Of a stretch of 64,000 nt of DNA, positions 19,270-26,346 are shown one piece after another. This DNA is from Gemmatimonadales bacterium (GTDB lineage Bacteria; Gemmatimonadota; Gemmatimonadetes; Gemmatimonadales; GWC2-71-9). The notes under the pieces are model-generated. The model was given only the letters and a program-made list of their open reading frames with translations, was not told the origin of the DNA and did not search any database. How positions within the stretch are numbered: the first letter of the stretch is position 1; the number at the start of each line of letters is the position of its first letter. The stretch spans positions 62,886 through 126,885 of the forward strand of contig JBFGJG010000005.1 of NCBI GenBank assembly GCA_041577295.1, in the 5' to 3' direction. The position numbers and the translations under genes are program-made.

Positions 19270-20885
19270 CGCAGTGCACGCATGGTCTCGAGGTTGGCCC
19301 GCGCGAGTTCGTGGTCCGGGTTGAGCGCCAGCACGGTTTGCCAGTGCTGCGCGGCCGCGTTTTGATCGTGTTGTTTGTAGGCGATGTTGCCCAGACGGAA
19401 GTACACGTCGTCACCCAGCCGCGGGTCTTGCCGCACGGCCCGCTGGTACGCGGTCGCTGCGTCGGCGAATCGACCGGCGCGGTAGAGCAGATCGCCGAGG
19501 TTCTTCGACAGTTGGGGCAGCGAGGGGTCCTCGCCGAGTGCGCCCTCGAGGATCTGCTCGGCCTCATCGCGTTCGCCCCGGACCTCGAGGAGGACCGCGA
19601 GGTTGTTTTGCAACACCACCTGCGTGGGATATAGCGCGATCGCATCGCGCAGCAGTTCTTCCGCCTCGTCGTAGCGCTCGACGCCGGCTGCGGCGAGGGA
19701 GCGAGCCCAGTACCACAGCTCGCTGAGTTGCCGATCGCGGGCGACTTCACGCGCGCGATCGAGGCGGCCCGCAGCCACCTCGCAATCACCGCGTCTCAAT
19801 GCCACGATGCCCCATCCTGTGAGGATGCGCGTGTCGTGCCGGGCCTTGGACCCAGCTTCCGCGTACACGCTCTCTGCTTCGTCGAGGCGGTCAGCGTTCT
19901 CATAGCTGAGTGCCAAATTGTAGAGAATGGCGGGTTTCCCACCCTCGTGTTGGGCCGCGCGCTTGAGCAACTCGGCCGCTTCCGCCCAGCGAGCTTGCTT
20001 CAAGGCGATGAGACCGAGGTGGAACCACGCCGACCCGTCCTCCGGGCGCAGCTCTGCAACCCGGCGGAATTCCCGCGCGGACTCATCGAACATGCCCGCC
20101 TTGTAGAACGCAATGCCCAGGTTGCGGTGCTCACCTAGGCGGGCGTTACTCATCGCTTCAGTTGGTCGCGGCTGGCTGCGTCCGAGCGGGTGCAGGAACC
20201 CGGCGGTGAGCAGTCCGTAGAGCGCCTTGCCCACCTCGAACTCGCCAAGGCCTGCATCCTCCACGATGTGTGTCACGTCCCGTACGCCGTCGATCAACGA
20301 CAGGATGCGCTCTTGCTCCGGCGTGAGCGTGACGTCCGATCCCTGGAGCCGATCCCGCTCCAATCGGAAGATTACGTCAAACGACGGGATCTTCTTCTCG
20401 ATGAGGCTCCACTCATCGACGCGACGCGCCCCCTCCAGTAGGAGCGACTCAGGATTGATGGAGATGGAGAAATCGTAGCGGTCGGGACGGACTTCGCTTT
20501 CGAACTGGAAGTTTCCTGCAGTCCAAGTGAAGAGGTAGTAGACTGCCTCCTCAATCTGCACGCGAACGAAGTGCTCCAGGTCATCGCGTGAGAGGGCACT
20601 TTGCTGTACCAACAGCTGTCCGAGTCGCTTGTCACGCGTGCGGGACTGTTCCTCGATGGCGGCTTCCAGCTGCTGTTGGGTGATCTTGCCGTTTTTGACC
20701 AGGATATCCCCGATTCGGTCCCGTCGATTCACGATCGCGGCATCGACGATGCGCCCCCGGTCGAAAAAGATATGCCCAAGGTTCTGCCGATCGCTGATGG
20801 TGAGACACCCGGTCTTCTGACCCAGCGACAGGAGCTGGAGGACGTCGGGCAGCGACGCTTCCTTTAGGCTTCCACGAATCGCCAC
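19266..20885 (-). CDS. DUF4388 + MshEN-like + winged-helix-like + TPR protein
   Basis: GSLKEASLPDVLQ..KTG, LLLEGARRVDEW (DUF4388); tandem R(I/L)G..Q motifs; C-terminal TPRs. Confidence 0.8.
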   Translation of the reverse strand: MAIRGSLKEASLPDVLQLLSLGQKTGCLTISDRQNLGHIFFDRGRIVDAAIVNRRDRIGDILVKNGKITQQQLEAAIEEQSRTRDKRLGQLLVQQSALSRDDLEHFVRVQIEEAVYYLFTWTAGNFQFESEVRPDRYDFSISINPESLLLEGARRVDEWSLIEKKIPSFDVIFRLERDRLQGSDVTLTPEQERILSLIDGVRDVTHIVEDAGLGEFEVGKALYGLLTAGFLHPLGRSQPRPTEAMSNARLGEHRNLGIAFYKAGMFDESAREFRRVAELRPEDGSAWFHLGLIALKQARWAEAAELLKRAAQHEGGKPAILYNLALSYENADRLDEAESVYAEAGSKARHDTRILTGWGIVALRRGDCEVAAGRLDRAREVARDRQLSELWYWARSLAAAGVERYDEAEELLRDAIALYPTQVVLQNNLAVLLEVRGERDEAEQILEGALGEDPSLPQLSKNLGDLLYRAGRFADAATAYQRAVRQDPRLGDDVYFRLGNIAYKQHDQNAAAQHWQTVLALNPDHELARANLETMRALR

Positions 20886-22840
20886 TAGTAGAGCTCCTCG
20901 ATCAATCGCTCACCCGGATCGGGCCAGGCCCACACCATTTTTTCACGACTCTTCACCCCACCGAGGGGAGAGATGACGACGCCCGACGTGCGCATGCCGG
21001 CGCCTACCCGATGTCGAACCGGTTGCGCGCCTTCCACCAGCTCCCGTGCCAGGCTCACCGACGGCACAACACCGCGGCTCTCCGCGGTATCGAGCACCCG
21101 CTGCACCATCCCCACTACCGCCCGGATCCCGTCTGCCGACCGGGCGGCGAGGTAGTCGGCGAGATCTGGACTGACCTCACCCTGCCGTTCCATCAGCTTG
21201 CGCGTCACAATGGCGCGCCGCAGTTCGCGGTCCGGCGCCGCGATGAGAACGACGGCCGCCCTCGAGAGCAACTCTCCCAAGTCACCGCGCAATCCGGTGA
21301 TCTCACTCGGTGGCGCGTTGGCGGTCAGCACGACCTGCCGACCCGTGGCTTGAAACTGGGAGATCAGGTGGGCGACCTCCTGTTGCGCTCGGGCGTTGTC
21401 GATCAACGACTGCACGTCGTCGAGAAGAAAGGCACTGACCGGTTGGTAGCGTGACAGCCACAGGCCCAGAGCGTCTCCTTCGAGGGCCTCTTCGAGCTCA
21501 TCGTGGAACTGTTGCGCGGAAAAGCAGGCAACCAAGGACTTGGAGGAAGACGCAAGGGCGTTCCCGACGGCGTGCAGCAAGTGGGTCTTGCCCACACCGC
21601 TCGCCCCGACCAGGAGGAGGAGCGGGTGGCGACGACCCGGCTCTTGCACGACGGCCAGCGAGGTCTCGAGGGCACTCCGGTTGGCGTCTCCCTCGACATA
21701 CGTGTCCAACCGCCATGCGGCGGACGGCGCCGGTGGTGGTACCTGATGCTTGGAGGCCTCCTGGAGCATCGCTTCCGCATCGGCCACCCGATCCGGGTCG
21801 GTAAAGACGGGATCGTCCACCCGGCGTGGATCGATCGCTTCCATCGATGTCGCAAGCGCACGCAGCCGCTTCACATCACGCTCGAACTCCTTGAGCGCCT
21901 GGTCGACAGCAACCGGTACGTCCTGTTGCAACAGGTGCTCGAGGCGTGTCGTCCGATACCCTTCTCTTCGCCACCGCTCGATGCCCTCGGTCAGTTGGCC
22001 GCGCCACACGTCGACCTGATGGCCGATCTCTTCCGTCACGTCAGAGAGGAATGCGGCGAACTCGTCCAGCTGACTCCGCGCGGCGGTGCCTGGGATCTCG
22101 AGCGGCGTAGTCCCGGTCCGCGACTCGCCCGCCATCAGCGCCTTCACGACCTCCGGCGTCAACGGTTGCTGGCTCATGGCCTGCAGCGCGACCACTCGAT
22201 TGAGGAGTCCAAGAAGCTCGCGAACGCTCCGCAGCTCCACGAGCGCGAGCGTGTCCAACACCGCCGGCGATAGCTCGGCGCCTCGCTCATCGACTCGCTG
22301 CCGCAGGATCCCCAGCCGAGTTTCGTACCCCGGCATCCCAACATCCACCACCAACCCCCCATCGAGCAGAGCCTGCAAACGCTCGTCGACATCGGACATC
22401 TCCGCGGGAACGCGGTCGCCCGTCAGCACGACCTGCCGCCCTGTGGCACGCAGGTGGTCGCCAATTCGCAGCAACTCGGCCTGCAATTCGTCGCGCCGTG
22501 CGACGTACTGCACGTCGTCGAGAAGCAGCAGATCGACGTTCCCGAAGCGGTTACGAAATGCCTCGGCTTGACCGGCAGCCCCAGCGGCCTGATGCGCCTC
22601 CTGAAAGTCCTCCAGCGTCAGATACTCGACCGAGAGCGTTGGGGAGAGTCGACGGGCGAGCTGTCCGATGGCCATGATCAAGTGCGTCTTGCCGAGCCCC
22701 TGCGGTCCGTATATGAACAACGGGTTGTAGGCCGTCCCCGGCGATTCCGCGACGGCGCGAGCCGCCGTCACCGCCACCTGATTGGCCGGGCCAATGACGA
22801 ACGTCTCGAACGTGAACCGGGGGTTGAGCGTCGCCGTCAC
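20885..22840 (-). CDS. tandem DnaA/Hda-like AAA+ protein without DNA-binding domain
   Basis: LNPRFTFETFVIG..YNPLFIYGPQGLGKTH..LLDDVQ, then a second GASGVGKTH..LLDDVQ; no domain IV. Confidence 0.85.
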   Translation of the reverse strand: MTATLNPRFTFETFVIGPANQVAVTAARAVAESPGTAYNPLFIYGPQGLGKTHLIMAIGQLARRLSPTLSVEYLTLEDFQEAHQAAGAAGQAEAFRNRFGNVDLLLLDDVQYVARRDELQAELLRIGDHLRATGRQVVLTGDRVPAEMSDVDERLQALLDGGLVVDVGMPGYETRLGILRQRVDERGAELSPAVLDTLALVELRSVRELLGLLNRVVALQAMSQQPLTPEVVKALMAGESRTGTTPLEIPGTAARSQLDEFAAFLSDVTEEIGHQVDVWRGQLTEGIERWRREGYRTTRLEHLLQQDVPVAVDQALKEFERDVKRLRALATSMEAIDPRRVDDPVFTDPDRVADAEAMLQEASKHQVPPPAPSAAWRLDTYVEGDANRSALETSLAVVQEPGRRHPLLLLVGASGVGKTHLLHAVGNALASSSKSLVACFSAQQFHDELEEALEGDALGLWLSRYQPVSAFLLDDVQSLIDNARAQQEVAHLISQFQATGRQVVLTANAPPSEITGLRGDLGELLSRAAVVLIAAPDRELRRAIVTRKLMERQGEVSPDLADYLAARSADGIRAVVGMVQRVLDTAESRGVVPSVSLARELVEGAQPVRHRVGAGMRTSGVVISPLGGVKSREKMVWAWPDPGERLIEELY

Positions 22841-23436
22841 GCGGGGGCCTCCTGACTCAGCTTCCGGAGGACGAGCTCGGAGATGCCCTTCAACGTCTCG
22901 AAGATGCCTTTCCCGTTTAACGCCTCGGCGGCGTAGCTGGGGATGCTGCGGAAGTTCAGCGCATCGTCGAGCTCGAATGGCTCGAGCACGAGGTCGCGGG
23001 GCAGGTCTTGCTTGTTGTACTGTATTACCTGCGGAAGCTCCCGCACATCGATCCCCTGCTCCAACAGATTCAGTTGCAAATTCTGCAGGCTCGCGATGTT
23101 CTCATCGAGCTGCCTGGCTTGGCTATCCGCCACGAACACCACCCCATCCGCGCCCTGAAGGACCAACTTGCGGGTGGCGTTGTAGTACACCTGTCCGGGT
23201 ACCGTGTACAGCTGAAACCTGGTTGTGAAACCGGAGATGGACCCGAGCTCGAGCGGGAGAAAATCGAAGAACAGCGTACGGTCCGTCTGGGTGGCCAGGG
23301 ACACCATCCTTCCACGCCGTCCCTCCGGCACCCGGCCGTAGATGTATTGCAGGTTGGTCGTCTTTCCGGACCGGCCCGGACCGTAGTAGACGATCTTACA
23401 AGTGATCTCGCGCGTGGTGAAGTTCACGAGAGACAT
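22837..23436 (-). CDS. mglA: MglA-family small GTPase
   Basis: KIVYYGPGRSGKTTN, DRTLFFDFLPL, YTVPGQVYY, QYNKQDLP; close to myxobacterial MglA; start ATG 23436. Confidence 0.95.
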   Translation of the reverse strand: MSLVNFTTREITCKIVYYGPGRSGKTTNLQYIYGRVPEGRRGRMVSLATQTDRTLFFDFLPLELGSISGFTTRFQLYTVPGQVYYNATRKLVLQGADGVVFVADSQARQLDENIASLQNLQLNLLEQGIDVRELPQVIQYNKQDLPRDLVLEPFELDDALNFRSIPSYAAEALNGKGIFETLKGISELVLRKLSQEAPA

Positions 23437-23440
23437 GGGA

Positions 23441-23911
23441 TCACCGTCCGAAGAGCGCTGCGAGGCTCTCATTGAGTTCGCGCTCGAAGTCCGCCGCGAG
23501 CACGAGCTTCTTCGATTCGGGCGGCGGGCACGCCGCCGCTAAGTCACGGACGAGTTCTTCGAAGAACAGCTGTACCAGCCCGACGGACGACTCGGCGTCG
23601 TGGACGACGAGCACGAGCAACCGCTGGCTGGGCAGGTCGCAGCTCCCCAAAAACACTCCGTGGTTCCTGCCCTGATGGCTGAGGGCGGGAAACGGACTGC
23701 CGCTCAACATCTTCGCCATCTCACTCGACGACGACACGATCGCCGCGCCAAGTGACGCCGCCGCCATCACGTCGACGGCACGAGTGAAACCGTGCTGGGC
23801 CAATACCTGACCCGAGGGAGTCATGAGCAGTGTGAGTCGCGCCGCCGTCTCGTTGACAAACCGCTCCATGGGTTCGACGGTCCATGGCTCTACCGCGCGC
23901 GTGAGCTTCAT
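23441..23911 (-). CDS. mglB: MglB roadblock/LC7 GAP-like protein
   Basis: Directly upstream of mglA; SGQVLAQHG, HQG, VGLV and an amphipathic C-terminal helix. Confidence 0.8.
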   Translation of the reverse strand: MKLTRAVEPWTVEPMERFVNETAARLTLLMTPSGQVLAQHGFTRAVDVMAAASLGAAIVSSSSEMAKMLSGSPFPALSHQGRNHGVFLGSCDLPSQRLLVLVVHDAESSVGLVQLFFEELVRDLAAACPPPESKKLVLAADFERELNESLAALFGR

Positions 23912-24258
23912 ACGACCGCCTCCGCAACACGGCGCATTTCGAGCCGCAGGAGCCCGACGTTGACATCGCGATCACCTACCGCCACCACCAAGACGCCGTC
24001 TGGAGCCGGAACGGCCACCAGCGTCCCCGCCTCGGCCTGCAGATGGAGAAAGCTGGGGATCCCGCTGCCCGCAGCCTCACAGGCCTTGCGCAGCCGTTTC
24101 GCGAGGCTGGCGGCAAGCGCCGCAACCGCGTTCCCCCGCACACCCTCCATCAGCGATTCGGCGACAACGAGACCGTCATCGCCCGCCACGAGCATCGCCC
24201 CACGCACTCCCCGAATCCGAGTGATGCGTTCGAGCGCATCAGTAAAGGAAAGCGTCAC
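23908..24258 (-). CDS. roadblock/LC7 domain protein
   Basis: GVRGAMLVAGDDGLVV, AVAALAA, NVGLLRLEM; GTG 24258 overlaps the upstream TGA. Confidence 0.85.
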   Translation of the reverse strand: MTLSFTDALERITRIRGVRGAMLVAGDDGLVVAESLMEGVRGNAVAALAASLAKRLRKACEAAGSGIPSFLHLQAEAGTLVAVPAPDGVLVVAVGDRDVNVGLLRLEMRRVAEAVV

Positions 24259-25196
24259 GGTCGCTGCTCTCCCAACCAGTGCCGGGCGGACCGACACGCG
24301 CGGTCGGCCAAGACCGTCAGCCGTCCTTGTGGCATCTCGCGGTCACGAACCAGCAGGAGGACCGTTTCGGACGTCGGACGGGCAAGCAACAAATTTCCGG
24401 TCCCTCCTTCCACGAGCACACTGCGCCACGCACCGAGCCCCAAGAGACGAGCCGTGCGTTCGGCCTCATGTGCTGCCCCGGCGAGGTACGCAGCCACCTC
24501 TTCCCCCACCTCGCGACCTTCAGCACCAGTGAGTTCCCCGCGGAGCAGCAACCCCCGCCGGTCCACTAGCAGCACGCCGCGCCCCCCACCCCCTTCGAGC
24601 CCAGCCCACGGCGTGCGGTCCTGTCCCGCCGGTGCGGGGGGTTCGGCTGGCACCGCTTCGATGCCCTCGACGATCGCTTCGAGCGGGACCTCGGCGGTGG
24701 GCTCTACAACCATTTCGCGGGGAGCCGGTTGTGGTGGCGGCGTTGGGGGCGGCGGCGGCGGCGGAGCATTCGCTGCCGCAGCGTCATCAGATGGGGCAAC
24801 GGCCTCCCGCACACGTTGGAGCGCTTGTACCACCGACGCGTCCGACGGGTTCGCCGAGAGGGCCAGTTCCAGATGCTCCACCGCACCATCGACATCACCC
24901 CAGCGATGGCACAGGAACCCGAGTCCCTTGTGGGCGGCGAAGTGTCGCGGCTCGAGTTCGAGCGCAACCGTCCATTCGTGGAACGCTCGTTCGAAATCGC
25001 CCAGATCGATGAGCACGCGAGCATACAGATCGTGCGCGCTGGCGAGGTCGGGGTGGCGTACCACACCGGACGCGGCGATCCGCGCGGCTGCTTCGATCTG
25101 CCCACGCGTACGTAGCGCCTCCCCGAGCTTGAGAAACACCAGGCTCGCAGGATCTCGCGCCAGTTCGGCGGTCATCGCCTTGATATCGTCAGCCAT
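24255..25196 (-). CDS. TPR + Pro-rich linker + roadblock domain protein
   Basis: From ATG 25196 (MADDIK): TPRs, poly-Pro, then GVLLVDRRGLLL..EEVAAYL..VEGGTGNLLL. Confidence 0.78.
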   Translation of the reverse strand: MADDIKAMTAELARDPASLVFLKLGEALRTRGQIEAAARIAASGVVRHPDLASAHDLYARVLIDLGDFERAFHEWTVALELEPRHFAAHKGLGFLCHRWGDVDGAVEHLELALSANPSDASVVQALQRVREAVAPSDDAAAANAPPPPPPPTPPPQPAPREMVVEPTAEVPLEAIVEGIEAVPAEPPAPAGQDRTPWAGLEGGGGRGVLLVDRRGLLLRGELTGAEGREVGEEVAAYLAGAAHEAERTARLLGLGAWRSVLVEGGTGNLLLARPTSETVLLLVRDREMPQGRLTVLADRACRSARHWLGEQRP

Positions 25197-26343
25197 GTGC
25201 CGATCGTACCAGTGCATCCAGGGTCTCGGCCGCGCGGATCGCGTCCTGCACCCGCTCGACTTGCGATGCGTTGATCTCCGGGTCGTGCTCCCCGATCTTG
25301 AGCCAGCGTGTCCACCACTCGACTGCCTCACCGAAGCGTCCCTGCAACGCGAGCGCGTCGCCAAGCAGCCGGTGCGCGGAGACGAGGAGCGGATCCAGTC
25401 TGAGCGCGCGGCGCAAACACCCCTCGGCGTCTTGCGGGCGGTGAGAGGCCAGCTCGATGTGGCCGAGCAAGGAGTACACAGCGGGCTCGTGGGGCTCGAG
25501 CGAGCGGGCGTGCTCGGCCCAGCTCCGGGCCTCCTCGAGCTCCCCTCGGGCGGCGGCCGCGGTGGCTCGATCGAGCACGGCGCCCACCCCCTCCGTAGCC
25601 TGCAGAGATTCGCCACTGGAACGTTTTCGTTCTGTGATGGTTAGCACGCCAGCCGCCTCCATACCGAAGATCGCCTTGGCCACCTCGAACTCTGAGCGAC
25701 CGAGCATCGTCGCGATCCCTCGCACGTCCCGGTCGCCGTCCACGGCCGCCAGGACCTCCCACTCAGTCGGGAGCAGGTCCAATGATCCCTCGGCTCCAGC
25801 GACCGGTGCCAGCACGGGAACGACGCTAAGGTGTGGAATTTTCCCCTCGATCTGCGACCACTCATCGATGCGCCGCGCGCCCTCCATCAGCACGGACTCG
25901 GTGGGAATCCGCACCGGCGCATCGGCGCGGACTTCGGTTTCGGACCCCTCTGCGAACGAAAAGTAGCCCTCCCGCCAACTCAACAGCTCGAACACGACCT
26001 CCTCGACCTGGAAGCGCACCTGCCGTTCCAGGTCCCGTTGGGAGATCGCGCCGATCGCCACCAAGAGCTCCCCTAGCCGCCTCTCGTCACCGCGCAACTG
26101 CATGTCGCGCGCGCGTTGCAGATCTGCTTCCCCAATTTTCCCGGAGCGCACCAGCAGATTTCCGAGCGGGTGTGGGTTGCTCTCGATCTCGGCATACACG
26201 ATGACGCCCTGGTCGAACACCACCGTGCCTTTGTTGCGGCGGAGCTCGGAGACGACGGTGAGCGTTCCCGTCTTGCGACTCAGATCCAGGAGCTGGAACA
26301 CATCGTGGATGCCCAGCTCTTTGAGCGGACCCTCAATGGCCAT
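25189..26343 (-). CDS. DUF4388 + MshEN-like + winged-helix-like + TPR protein (paralogue)
   Basis: GPLKELGIHDVFQ..KTG, LMEGARRIDEW; RLGELLV..G..Q; TPRs. Confidence 0.8.
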   Translation of the reverse strand: MAIEGPLKELGIHDVFQLLDLSRKTGTLTVVSELRRNKGTVVFDQGVIVYAEIESNPHPLGNLLVRSGKIGEADLQRARDMQLRGDERRLGELLVAIGAISQRDLERQVRFQVEEVVFELLSWREGYFSFAEGSETEVRADAPVRIPTESVLMEGARRIDEWSQIEGKIPHLSVVPVLAPVAGAEGSLDLLPTEWEVLAAVDGDRDVRGIATMLGRSEFEVAKAIFGMEAAGVLTITERKRSSGESLQATEGVGAVLDRATAAAARGELEEARSWAEHARSLEPHEPAVYSLLGHIELASHRPQDAEGCLRRALRLDPLLVSAHRLLGDALALQGRFGEAVEWWTRWLKIGEHDPEINASQVERVQDAIRAAETLDALVRSAHG

Positions 26344-26346
26344 CGG

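Noticed and set aside
20885..22840. True dnaA or an oriC region
   Set aside because: No domain IV, no dnaN neighbour, no intergenic space, and no DnaA-box cluster noticed
25197..25616. ORF-track N-terminal extensions (also on murE, ftsL, rsmH, cheB, both downstream cheW, cheC, ileS, cdaA)
   Set aside because: They overlap upstream genes or tRNA; downstream starts with RBS or stop/start coupling fit better
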